DNA of 64,000 nucleotides. Origin: an uncultured virus (IMG/VR IMGVR_UViG_3300016476_001224) (lineage: Duplodnaviria; Heunggongvirae; Uroviricota; Caudoviricetes). The stretch lies in the IMG/VR virus record IMGVR_UViG_3300016476_001224; one strand, 5' to 3'. Position numbers and translations under genes: made by a program. Under the pieces are notes generated by a model. The model saw only the letters and a list, made by a program, of their open reading frames with translations. It did not search any database and had not been told where the DNA came from. Of the stretch, positions 10,028 to 19,623 are shown in pieces. Numbering within the stretch: position 1 is the first letter of the stretch; each line of letters begins with the position of its first letter.

Positions 10028-12580
10028 ATGAGCATGATAAAAGTAATAAAAAGAAATGGTAAGAAAGAGCCAGTCATGTTAGACAAAATCTTAGACAGAA
10101 TCACTCAGCAGACTTATGGTTTAGACCAGAAATGGATTGTACCATTTGAAGTTGCACAAAAAGTAATTGAAGGTATTATGCCTGATATTCAAACTTCTGT
10201 TTTAGACCAGTTAGCAATGGAAACTGCGGCTTCTCTTACAACAAAGCACCCAGACTATTCAACATTAGCAGCAAGATTGGCAATCACTAACTTACACAAA
10301 GAAACAAAGAAAAGTTTTTCAGAAACAGTAACTGATTTATATAAATATGTAGATCCTAAAACTAAAAAACATTCACCAATTGTTTCAGAACAATTTTATA
10401 AATTAGTTCAAAAACATGCAGATGAATTAGACTCTGCAATTGTACACTCAAGAGACCACAATTTTGATTTCTTTGGTTTCAAAACATTAGAGAAATCATA
10501 CTTATTAAAAATTAATGGTAAAGTGGCTGAAAGACCACAATATATGTATATGAGAACTGCATTACAAATATGTGGTGAAGATATTGAAGGAGCTATTGAA
10601 ACTTATAAGTTATTATCAGAAGGTTACTATACTCATGCAACTCCAACATTATTCAACTCAGGAACAAATAGACCTCAATTATCATCTTGTTTCTTATTAG
10701 ATGTTGAAAATGATTCTATTGAAGGTATATTTAATACTCTAAAAGAGTCTGCACAAATCTCTAAAAATGCAGGTGGTATTGGTATCTCTTTTACAAAAGT
10801 AAGAGCAAAAGGAACTTATATTGCAGGAACTAATGGTACATCAAATGGTATTATTCCTTTCTTGAAAATCTACAATGAAACTGCAAGAGCAGTTGACCAA
10901 GGTGGTGGTAAAAGAAAAGGATCAATTGCAATCTATATGGAACCTTGGCATGCTGATATTATGGACTTCTTAGATTTAAGAAAAAACCAAGGTGCAGAAG
11001 AATTAAGAGCAAGAGACTTATTCTTAGCTATGTGGAATAATGACTTATTTATGGAAAGAGTTGACTTAGATGAAGACTGGTCTTTAATGTGTCCACATGA
11101 GTGTCCTGGATTAACTGAGACTTATGGTCAAGAGTTTAGAGAATTATACACAAAATATGAAAATGAAGGTAGATTCAAAAAAGTAGTTAAGGCAAGAGAT
11201 GTTTGGAACAAAATTCTTGAATCTCAAATTGAAACCGGTACACCTTATATTTTGTATAAAGATTCAATTAATGAGAAATCTAACCAATCAAACATTGGTG
11301 TAGTTAGAAGTTCTAATTTATGTGCTGAAATTGTTGAAGCAACAGGAATTACTAAAACTCAAGGTGAGATATTACAAAATAAAGAGTTATTAGAGAAACT
11401 TGGATTAGGTGAGTTCTATGGACAAGAATCTGTTAATGAAACTGCTGTTTGTAACTTAGCATCTATTGCACTTCCTAAGTTTGTTAATAAAAACAAAACT
11501 TATAACTTTAACAAGTTGTATGATGTTGCTTATAGTGCTACTATTAACTTAAACAAAGTTATTGATGTGAATTACTATCCGTCACCAGTTGCTAAATTCT
11601 CAAACTTATTACATAGACCAATTGGTTTAGGTGTTCAAGGTTTGGCAGATGTATTTTTCCAAATTGGAATTGCATATGATTCTGATGAAGCTAAATTACT
11701 TAACAAAGAGATTTTTGAAACTATTTATTATGCTTCAATTAAGGCTTCTTGTGATTTAGCAAAAGTTGATGGTCCTTATGCTACTTATGCTGGTTCTCCA
11801 ATATCTGAGGGTAAATTCCAATTTGATTTATGGGGTGCAAAACCAACAAAAAGATGGGATTGGGATAAATTAAGAGAAGAAGTTAAAAAACATGGTGTTA
11901 GAAACTCTTTAACTACTTGTATTATGCCAACTGCGTCAACTGCATCAATCTTAGGAAATGAAGCAAGTTGTGAAGCACAAACATCAAATATGTACACAAG
12001 AGGTGTATTATCTGGTACTTTTATCATTGTTAACAAATATCTTGTAAAAGATTTAGTTAAGTTAGGTATATGGTCTGATTCACTTAGAAAGAAAATTATT
12101 GTTGAAAATGGTTCAGTTCAAAACATACCTGAGATACCAACAAACATAAAAGAAGTTTTCAAAACTGTTTATGAGGTTAAACAAAAAGATGTTATTGATA
12201 TGGCTGCAGATAGAGGAGCTTTTATTGACCAAACACAATCAATGAATATCTTTATGGACTCTCCAAACTTTGCTAAGTTAACTTCAATGCATTTCTATGG
12301 TTGGGGTAGAAGAAACCTTATGTATGATGATGCAGGTAATGCTATTATTCCACAAGGTGAAAATGTAGAAGTAGTTTATGATAAAAATGGTAAGCCAAGA
12401 TTCTACAGAGAGAAAAAATCAGCATTAAAAACTGGCATTTACTACTTGAGAAATAAGGCTGCAGGTGATGCAATTAAGTTCACTACACAAGTAGAAACTA
12501 AATCTGTTGAAGAACAAATGGCAGAAATAAGCTGTTCACTTGACTCAACTGATGGCGAATGCTTGGCTTGTGGATCTTAA
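10028..12580 (+). CDS. nrdA: Ribonucleoside-diphosphate reductase class Ia alpha subunit with ATP cone
   Basis: VIKRNG ATP cone, TPTLFN, SSCF, SNLCAEI, AVCNLAS, MPTAST, KTGIYYLR, C-terminal CLACGS. Confidence 0.97.
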   Translation: MSMIKVIKRNGKKEPVMLDKILDRITQQTYGLDQKWIVPFEVAQKVIEGIMPDIQTSVLDQLAMETAASLTTKHPDYSTLAARLAITNLHKETKKSFSETVTDLYKYVDPKTKKHSPIVSEQFYKLVQKHADELDSAIVHSRDHNFDFFGFKTLEKSYLLKINGKVAERPQYMYMRTALQICGEDIEGAIETYKLLSEGYYTHATPTLFNSGTNRPQLSSCFLLDVENDSIEGIFNTLKESAQISKNAGGIGISFTKVRAKGTYIAGTNGTSNGIIPFLKIYNETARAVDQGGGKRKGSIAIYMEPWHADIMDFLDLRKNQGAEELRARDLFLAMWNNDLFMERVDLDEDWSLMCPHECPGLTETYGQEFRELYTKYENEGRFKKVVKARDVWNKILESQIETGTPYILYKDSINEKSNQSNIGVVRSSNLCAEIVEATGITKTQGEILQNKELLEKLGLGEFYGQESVNETAVCNLASIALPKFVNKNKTYNFNKLYDVAYSATINLNKVIDVNYYPSPVAKFSNLLHRPIGLGVQGLADVFFQIGIAYDSDEAKLLNKEIFETIYYASIKASCDLAKVDGPYATYAGSPISEGKFQFDLWGAKPTKRWDWDKLREEVKKHGVRNSLTTCIMPTASTASILGNEASCEAQTSNMYTRGVLSGTFIIVNKYLVKDLVKLGIWSDSLRKKIIVENGSVQNIPEIPTNIKEVFKTVYEVKQKDVIDMAADRGAFIDQTQSMNIFMDSPNFAKLTSMHFYGWGRRNLMYDDAGNAIIPQGENVEVVYDKNGKPRFYREKKSALKTGIYYLRNKAAGDAIKFTTQVETKSVEEQMAEISCSLDSTDGECLACGS

Positions 12581-12645
12581 TTCCAGTGAGTTGTGTTTGT
12601 TGAGGGACATAACATAATTTAATATATAAAAGAAAAGAAAAAATT

Positions 12646-13695
12646 ATGTATTATATTTATGTTTATTTAGACACAAGAAAAAAAGGTTCATATTCATTTG
12701 GAGATTTCCATTTTGAATATGAACCTTTTTATGTTGGTAAAGGTGTCAATGATAGATACCTAACACACCTTAGGGTTGCTAAAGGTAGTAGAAAAGGAAA
12801 GAATAATTTAGCAATAACTAAAATCAAAAGTATTCTAAATGATGGGTTTGAACCAAAGATAATTAAGATAATTGAAGGATTAACAAAAGATAATTATAAT
12901 AACTATGAAATATCAACAATAAAATTAATTGGTAAATCTTGTGATGGATTGGGACCTCTATTAAATACAACTGATGGTGGTGATGGTGGAATAACTTGGA
13001 TTGGTGAACATCATAACAAGGGTAAAAAATTAGAAGAGATTGTAGGTGAAGAAAAAGCAAGTGAATTAAAACAAAAATTATCTGAACAAGCATCTAAAAG
13101 AGTTGGTGAATTAAACTCAAATTATGGTAATAAAGGTGAACTAAATCCTATATTTGGAACTAAAAGAAACCAAGAAACTATAGATAAAATAAGAAAGAAT
13201 ACATTAAAACAATTTTCAAATTATTCAGAAGAAGAAATAAATTTTATGATAGAAAGAATGAATAATGCTAGAAAAAATAAACCTGATGATGTTAAACAAG
13301 AATGGTATAATAAAATATCTAATACACTTAAAGAGAAATCAGAAAAAGGTGAATTGTTTACTGATGAACATAGACAAAAATTAAAAGATAATAATTATAA
13401 GAAATTAAATAAAGGAACTGATAAGTTAAAGTTAACAAAAGAACATAAACAAAAATTATCAGATAGTCTAAAAAATAGAGTATTTACATTAGAACATAGA
13501 GAGAAACTAAGAAAATGTATATCTTATGAAGAGTTTGAAATCATTATAGTTGATTTAGTACAAAAAGGAGTTATAAATACAATAACTGGATATAGAAAGT
13601 ATGCTAAAGATAATCCAGATTTGAAATATCCATTAAAACCAGAGAAATCATATAAGAATTGTGGTTGGTCTGATTGGAGAAAATATGGATTATAG
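12646..13695 (+). CDS. Free-standing GIY-YIG-type homing endonuclease with NUMOD3-like repeats
   Basis: YIYVYLD...FYVGKG..R, LLNTTDGGDG, repeated EH(R/K)QKL; lies next to nrdA. Confidence 0.75.
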   Translation: MYYIYVYLDTRKKGSYSFGDFHFEYEPFYVGKGVNDRYLTHLRVAKGSRKGKNNLAITKIKSILNDGFEPKIIKIIEGLTKDNYNNYEISTIKLIGKSCDGLGPLLNTTDGGDGGITWIGEHHNKGKKLEEIVGEEKASELKQKLSEQASKRVGELNSNYGNKGELNPIFGTKRNQETIDKIRKNTLKQFSNYSEEEINFMIERMNNARKNKPDDVKQEWYNKISNTLKEKSEKGELFTDEHRQKLKDNNYKKLNKGTDKLKLTKEHKQKLSDSLKNRVFTLEHREKLRKCISYEEFEIIIVDLVQKGVINTITGYRKYAKDNPDLKYPLKPEKSYKNCGWSDWRKYGL

Positions 13696-13731
13696 ATTTA
13701 ATATATACATTAAAATAAAAAATATAAATTA

Positions 13732-13965
13732 ATGATTAAAAAGTTTGAGAATTTTATAGGTGATAGTAGAAAATCTATTAATAAACCTATTAATAAACCT
13801 ATTAATAGGGAGAGTGAAACTGGTAAAGAACATTCATTAAGATATGATGATGATAATATAGAATTTGCTGAATATTTAAGACAAAACTTTTATAATGTTA
13901 AATTATCAAACTATGATGTATATCAATTAAAAAAGAATTTTGAAAATGAAAATAAGAAAATTTAA
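13732..13965 (+). CDS. Small protein with capsid-targeting-like leader
   Basis: MIKKFENF; TTAATATATA at 13698-13707. Confidence 0.65.
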   Translation: MIKKFENFIGDSRKSINKPINKPINRESETGKEHSLRYDDDNIEFAEYLRQNFYNVKLSNYDVYQLKKNFENENKKI

Positions 13966-14200
13966 TGAAGAAATTGGGAATCCAAGTTATCCTAATCCTC
14001 ACAGACCAATGAAACAATTTGTTTTAACAACAACTAGTGAAAGTTCAGATCACTATATTTATTTTATTGAACATCCTGAAATGCCTACAAGAGAAGAATT
14101 AAATAAATTCTTAATTGAAAATGGTAGTGATGTAGAAGATGGATATTCATATGAGAATGTTGATATGTGTGTTGAGATAAAAGATTTCAAGAGATTATAA
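13946..14200 (+). CDS. Small protein with capsid-targeting-like leader
   Basis: MKIRKFNEE from the ATG at 13946. Confidence 0.7.
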   Translation: MKIRKFNEEIGNPSYPNPHRPMKQFVLTTTSESSDHYIYFIEHPEMPTREELNKFLIENGSDVEDGYSYENVDMCVEIKDFKRL

Positions 14201-14202
14201 AT

Positions 14203-14655
14203 ATGATATATTTAAAAAGATTTAATGAGAGTGTAAGTGTTGATGAAATAAAAGATTTTTGTAAAGAATATTTAGCTTATTTGATTGATGATGGATTTGA
14301 TATTAGTACAGAAACTTTACATGAACCAAATTACAATAAAAAAATTACTGATTATATTTGTCTTACATTAAAATCAAGTAAAAAAGGTGATGAATTTTAT
14401 TGGAATGATATAAAAGATGATTTTATACCATTCATTACTATTTTATCAGAGAAATATAAATTAGATAGAAAACGTTGTATTTGGTTTAATGGTATTAAAT
14501 ATTATACTTATAGAGATCCATTTACTCAATTAGGTATGGATGATAGAAGATATAGAAGTGAAACGGTTAGAAAAATATACATGCCTAAGAGTATAATAGA
14601 AGAAACTTTAAGTTTCAAATATAAATTACAATCTATAACAATTTTTATAAAATAA
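14203..14655 (+). CDS. Leader-bearing protein of the D.GF paralog family
   Basis: MIYLKRFNES...EIKDFCKEYLAYLIDDGFDI. Confidence 0.7.
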   Translation: MIYLKRFNESVSVDEIKDFCKEYLAYLIDDGFDISTETLHEPNYNKKITDYICLTLKSSKKGDEFYWNDIKDDFIPFITILSEKYKLDRKRCIWFNGIKYYTYRDPFTQLGMDDRRYRSETVRKIYMPKSIIEETLSFKYKLQSITIFIK

Positions 14656-14683
14656 AAACCACTCAAATGAGTGGTTTTTATTT

Positions 14684-14917
14684 TTATCCAATATCATACT
14701 TATCAAATATTGCTTGTGTATATGCATCAAGTTCATTCATTATTAACTTAGCCCTTTCACATAACTCTACTAATTTCTGATCCTTAGTTCCTTTATAACC
14801 ATAGTGTTGTACCCAGTAACCAAGTCCTTCATGTTCTATTTCATTCCATAGTTGTTCAGCTTCTGATTCACTTAAACCTTCTGTAATGTTTTCATTAAAT
14901 TTTCTAATCTTACTCAT
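14684..14917 (-). CDS. Small protein with capsid-targeting-like leader
   Basis: MSKIRKFNENITE. Confidence 0.7.
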   Translation of the reverse strand: MSKIRKFNENITEGLSESEAEQLWNEIEHEGLGYWVQHYGYKGTKDQKLVELCERAKLIMNELDAYTQAIFDKYDIG

Positions 14918-14919
14918 AT

Positions 14920-15171
14920 CTATATTTTATTTTCTGTTTCTTTTATTAAATCAAGTATGATTTGTTGATTATTTTTACATTGTTCTAAACACTTTTGTAT
15001 CATTTCTAAACCATCAGGATGATTTAATAATTTATCCAGTCTTTCTTCTGATAATAAATCAACTAAAGTCCAAAATGGTCCTAATTGATTTCTCAATTTT
15101 GCCTGTGGTGATTCACTTACCCAATTACCCTCAATGTCTTTATGACCTGAACTTTCACTAAATTTTCTCAT
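14920..15171 (-). CDS. Small protein with short leader
   Basis: MRKFSES; 1-nt overlap with the upstream stop. Confidence 0.65.
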   Translation of the reverse strand: MRKFSESSGHKDIEGNWVSESPQAKLRNQLGPFWTLVDLLSEERLDKLLNHPDGLEMIQKCLEQCKNNQQIILDLIKETENKI

Positions 15172-16007
15172 TATTTATTAAAACTATTATTTTTAAGTAT
15201 CATTTTAACATGAGTAGAGTGTGTTATTTTTACACCAAAGTCTTTACCTACTCTATCTTTAATAAAAGGAACAATAAAATCTTCCTCATATTGAATACTA
15301 TAAGTTGATGGTATTTTTGTTTTAACAGTTTCTAAAGAAACAGGTAAGTAATTTTCATTTACTTCTCTTTCCCAGTTATCAAGGTATCTGTATTTTAATA
15401 AGAAATGACAAAAAGTTCTGTAATTATCATCAATAGTTCCCCATCTTTTTTCAAAGTCATTTAAGTAAAACTTATTAGCTCTCTTTCTTACTTTTCTTAC
15501 ATCATTTTTGAAGTTTTCTATTTCATTCTTATGAATATCTGATGAAGGTATCATATCTCTAATAGTAATCCATTTGAAATTACCACCAAATACTTGTTGT
15601 TCCCAAAACTTTTTAATTACAGATGAATGTGAATATGAATAAACTTCATGTATAACTGAACTTAGATTTAATAAAGGACTTTCATAGTTTGATAATTCAT
15701 TAACAACTTCATCCCAAGAACTTGTAAGTAAAGCATCTTCTCCTAAAACAACTCTTGCTTTTGATAACATAACATCATCTAAATCATAACCAATTATCTT
15801 AACATCAGGTTTCATTGTTTGTAATTTAGAAAGAAATATACCATTGGCACATCCAAAATCTACAATAACATCAAAGTCTAATTTATTAACAAAAAATAGT
15901 TTATCATCCATTGATTTAGCCATACCATCTGCATATGACTGATAGTTTGAGATTTCATTTTCTCCAACTAATTCCTCTAAAAATAATTCCCAGTTTAATA
16001 TCTTCAT
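15171..16007 (-). CDS. Class I SAM-dependent methyltransferase
   Basis: Motif I VDFGCANG, IGYDLD, SSVIHEV; TTAATATATA on minus strand at 16013-16022. Confidence 0.8.
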   Translation of the reverse strand: MKILNWELFLEELVGENEISNYQSYADGMAKSMDDKLFFVNKLDFDVIVDFGCANGIFLSKLQTMKPDVKIIGYDLDDVMLSKARVVLGEDALLTSSWDEVVNELSNYESPLLNLSSVIHEVYSYSHSSVIKKFWEQQVFGGNFKWITIRDMIPSSDIHKNEIENFKNDVRKVRKRANKFYLNDFEKRWGTIDDNYRTFCHFLLKYRYLDNWEREVNENYLPVSLETVKTKIPSTYSIQYEEDFIVPFIKDRVGKDFGVKITHSTHVKMILKNNSFNK

Positions 16008-16025
16008 AATACTATATATTAACTA

Positions 16026-16790
16026 TTATTTCCAGATTTTCTCAAGGTTAATCTTAGAGTTCATCTCTACAACTTTACCATCTTTTTTCAAGGAATATCT
16101 TTGTAATGGTAAAAATGTTTTGATAACTTCTTTAACTTTTTTCATCTCATCTTTATCCATATCAAAATTAAATATCTGTATAAGATTTTCAATTTCTTTA
16201 AACTTCAAATTATTTTTATCACCTACAAAATAAGTGAAATCATAATTATATTTATTGTAGTTAAATGCATCTTCTTGATTTGATTTAACTATTAAAAAGT
16301 TTGTTAGTGAATTTTCAACTCCAATAGAGGGTAATGTATATTTATAACCATAAATATTAAAACTTCTATCTTCACTATTATAATTTTGTAATAATTTATT
16401 ATTAAATTCAAAATAGTTAAAATATTTAGATCCAAATTCTATTTTACCTTCTTTATCTGTTTCAGTATCAAAGTATAATAAATTAATTGGTTTACCCTTT
16501 GTTAGTTTAACTATTTCTAAGAAAATAAATATTATATCAATACTTTTAATATCTTCATATACATAACCACTACTAAGTTTTATATTCTTTTCTACTATCT
16601 TTTTTATTAGATAAATTACAGTTCCTACATCATCTTTAACATAGTTTTGTTCATAATCTAATATATCTTCTTTACTTGCTTTCTTAATAGTAATCTCAAA
16701 ATCTTTTTTATAAAACAATCCTTGTGATGGTAATATCTTAGTATCTAATTTTACTCTTTTAACAAATAATTCTCTAAAAAAATCTATCAT
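16026..16790 (-). CDS. Putative baseplate hub assembly protein (T4 gp26-like)
   Basis: LPSQGLFY...ITIK and IDIIFIFLEI pattern typical of gp26-like proteins. Confidence 0.55.
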   Translation of the reverse strand: MIDFFRELFVKRVKLDTKILPSQGLFYKKDFEITIKKASKEDILDYEQNYVKDDVGTVIYLIKKIVEKNIKLSSGYVYEDIKSIDIIFIFLEIVKLTKGKPINLLYFDTETDKEGKIEFGSKYFNYFEFNNKLLQNYNSEDRSFNIYGYKYTLPSIGVENSLTNFLIVKSNQEDAFNYNKYNYDFTYFVGDKNNLKFKEIENLIQIFNFDMDKDEMKKVKEVIKTFLPLQRYSLKKDGKVVEMNSKINLEKIWK

Positions 16791-16854
16791 AATTCTAATA
16801 TTTTTCTTTTATATATTTATTTTAAGGGACTTCATGTTGACATATATATACATT

Positions 16855-17571
16855 ATGATTATTAATGATGACTGTTTCAACTATATAAAGACTATTGAAA
16901 GTAATTCAATTGATTTAATTTTAGTGGATCCACCTTACCTAATTTCAAGAGAATCAGGTTTTATAAATTACTCAGAAGATACTAAAGATGAATTAAAGTC
17001 AAAGTATGGTAAGTTATCAATAGACTTTGGACAATGGGATAAAGATGAGATAGATTGGAACTCTTTATTTAAAGAATACTACAGAATACTTAAAAAAGGT
17101 GGAACTCTTATTTTCTTTTTTGATATATGGAAATCTACAATAATAAAAGAAGCTGCAGATTTAAGTAAGTTTAAACAACCAAGAGTTTGTCAATGGGTTA
17201 AGAATAATCCTGTTCCTGTTAATTCAAAGTTAAACTACTTATCAAATGCAGTAGAGTTCTTTTTTACATTTACAAAGGTAAGTAAACCAACATTTAATTC
17301 AGAATATGACAATGGTGTTTACAAATATCCTATTTGTCATGGTAAAGAAAGGTATGAACATCCTACACAAAAACCATTAGAGTTAATTAAAGATTTAATT
17401 AAAAAACACTCAAATGAAGGCGACTTAGTTTTAGATACATTTGCAGGAACTGGAACTACTGGTCATGCTGCATATTTATTAGATAGAAGATATATTTTGA
17501 TTGAGAAGGATAAAAAGTATTTTGAGATAATAAAAAACAGGTTAGAGGAAGTCAACAAAGTTGATATATAA
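16855..17571 (+). CDS. Orphan DNA amino-methyltransferase (N6A/N4C, beta class)
   Basis: VDPPY, HPTQKP and VLDTFAGTGTT in beta order; likely start MIINDDC; no adjacent restriction gene. Confidence 0.9.
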   Translation: MIINDDCFNYIKTIESNSIDLILVDPPYLISRESGFINYSEDTKDELKSKYGKLSIDFGQWDKDEIDWNSLFKEYYRILKKGGTLIFFFDIWKSTIIKEAADLSKFKQPRVCQWVKNNPVPVNSKLNYLSNAVEFFFTFTKVSKPTFNSEYDNGVYKYPICHGKERYEHPTQKPLELIKDLIKKHSNEGDLVLDTFAGTGTTGHAAYLLDRRYILIEKDKKYFEIIKNRLEEVNKVDI

Positions 17572-17599
17572 TCATATAAAAAATAAAAGTAAAAATAAA

Positions 17600-18001
17600 A
17601 TGAGTATAATTGTAAAAAATTCACAACTTACTAATGATGCAATTGCAGCTCTTAATACATTAATTGAGTTAGATATTAATGCAGGAACTGCTTTTAAATT
17701 AACAAGAATTATTAAAGAGTTATCCTCTATTGTTGATGATAAATTAAAAATGGAGAAAAAAATCTTTGATAGATGGGTTGAGAAAGATGAAAATGGTGAC
17801 CCAGTTATTCCTAAAAATCCTGATGGAACTGCAGTTGAAGGTGCAGTAAACATTACAAATGTTGAAGAGTTCACAAAAGAAATGAGTGAATTAATGGATA
17901 TTGAAAGTGAAATTCCATTTGATGCTATAGCCTTTGAAGATTTAGGTTTAACAACTGCAAAAGTTAAAGATTTAATAAAAGTAGAGTTCTTATTCTCTTA
18001 A
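17600..18001 (+). CDS. Hypothetical protein
   Basis: ORF with likely start MSIIVKN; followed by hairpin aaaaagtccaa..ttggactttt. Confidence 0.7.
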   Translation: MSIIVKNSQLTNDAIAALNTLIELDINAGTAFKLTRIIKELSSIVDDKLKMEKKIFDRWVEKDENGDPVIPKNPDGTAVEGAVNITNVEEFTKEMSELMDIESEIPFDAIAFEDLGLTTAKVKDLIKVEFLFS

Positions 18002-18084
18002 TCAAAAAGTCCAATTTATTGGACTTTTATTTTTTTATAAGTGATATTATATTTTTAATATATACTAAAAAAGTAATTTTATAG

Positions 18085-19620
18085 ATGTCAGCTACTTTTA
18101 GTATTAATATAGGTCAATTAACAGAGGCTACAAGAAAACCAGATATTTTTAGTGTATTAAATGATATACAAGACAATACACAAAAATTAATATCTCCAAG
18201 AGATGTTAGAGATGCTGTTTTATCTACTTGGGCAAATACTCCTTTCAAAGTAACAACACCAAATTCATTATCAAACTATGAATATATTGGTATTGATTCA
18301 AGTAATCCTGGAAACAGAGATATTAAACAAAAGATTTTATTAGGTAAAAGAAGTTTTGGTGGTTTAGATATAATGAGCTCATCATTACTAAGTAGCTCAA
18401 ATGAAACTGACATTTTCTTATTTAATACTAAACCAGATTCTGTTTCACAAAGTTCAACAAGAATTGCAATTTTAGCAGGTACTGATTCTAATTTACACAC
18501 AATAGCTCCTTATATTGAGTCTAAAGTAAATAATGATGAAAGTGCAGTAGATTTAAACATTGTAAATCCTGCTGATAATGGTGCAATAAATTTACTTTCA
18601 ACAACAGGTAGAGTTGCTATAAATGGAGTTATATTTCCAACAATGGCAGAAACTGCAGGTAGTGCTTCTAATGGAATGATTTTAAGATATAGAGGAACTT
18701 ATCCTAATGGTTATTTTAAATGGGAAGAACCAACTATATCATTGAATAACATTGGTACTCCTGGTTACCCTACAAATATATATGGTAGCACAGTAAGTGT
18801 AAATGGATATTCAATAGAATTTATAGATGATAATTTAACACCTGCAACTTTGGGTGGTGTTGAAATGGGTTCATCATTTTCACAAAATTCATTTGATAAT
18901 GGTTCAGGATTTCAAAATTGGCCAGTTACAGAGGTATTGAGAGAGATACTTTATCCTTATGTAGCACCTGTTTTACAAATTACAGCAATTAATAATGATA
19001 ATCCAAGTAATCCTTCATATGCAGAAGTAGGTACAACACCTTCAATTAGTTTAACATTTTCAGTTACAACATATGCAAGAAATGAAGCAGAAAAGATAAA
19101 TCCATTTAGTATATCAGATACAAATATATATGGCTCTTTTTCTGGTCTTCCAGGAACATCAACATTTAGTACATATAATACATCAACATTTAGTGCAACA
19201 ACTGGTGTTAAAAATTGGACATTGAGTGCTGATGATAGTATTGGTGTATATTCAACAACAGCATCAATTACTTTTATTAATCCAGTTTATTATGGATTTG
19301 ATATTTCTATATTAACAAATAATTATAGTTCATTAACAAAAGTAATAACACCTTATCCAGGTGCAAGTAATTCAATTTCATTAGCATATAATGGTTCAGG
19401 TTATTTATATTTTGTTCATCATGCATCATTTGGTTCACAAATATCACAGATAAAAGATCCTAATGGATATTTAATATATGATTCAAATTATCCAATATAT
19501 TCAGCATTTACTTATTCAACACAAGGAAGTTATATAGTTTGGAGAACAAAACTTGAGTGTGCTTATCCAGGTACATATTCAATATTTGATCAAAATAGTA
19601 TGTTTAAATTTATATTCTAA
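18085..19620 (+). CDS. Virion structural (tail or baseplate-associated) protein, paralog A
   Basis: S/T/N-rich beta composition; TTAATATATA at 18055-18064; collinear similarity to the next ORF. Confidence 0.6.
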   Translation: MSATFSINIGQLTEATRKPDIFSVLNDIQDNTQKLISPRDVRDAVLSTWANTPFKVTTPNSLSNYEYIGIDSSNPGNRDIKQKILLGKRSFGGLDIMSSSLLSSSNETDIFLFNTKPDSVSQSSTRIAILAGTDSNLHTIAPYIESKVNNDESAVDLNIVNPADNGAINLLSTTGRVAINGVIFPTMAETAGSASNGMILRYRGTYPNGYFKWEEPTISLNNIGTPGYPTNIYGSTVSVNGYSIEFIDDNLTPATLGGVEMGSSFSQNSFDNGSGFQNWPVTEVLREILYPYVAPVLQITAINNDNPSNPSYAEVGTTPSISLTFSVTTYARNEAEKINPFSISDTNIYGSFSGLPGTSTFSTYNTSTFSATTGVKNWTLSADDSIGVYSTTASITFINPVYYGFDISILTNNYSSLTKVITPYPGASNSISLAYNGSGYLYFVHHASFGSQISQIKDPNGYLIYDSNYPIYSAFTYSTQGSYIVWRTKLECAYPGTYSIFDQNSMFKFIF

Positions 19621-19623
19621 GAA

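Noticed and set aside
11340..11440. Insertion in NrdA between NLCAEI and TAVCNL as a possible intein or intron
   Set aside because: Only about 30 aa, in frame, with no intein terminal residues or endonuclease motifs.
13775..13808. 12-bp tandem repeat ctattaataaac
   Set aside because: Short in-frame slippage (SINKPINKPINR) with no wider pattern.
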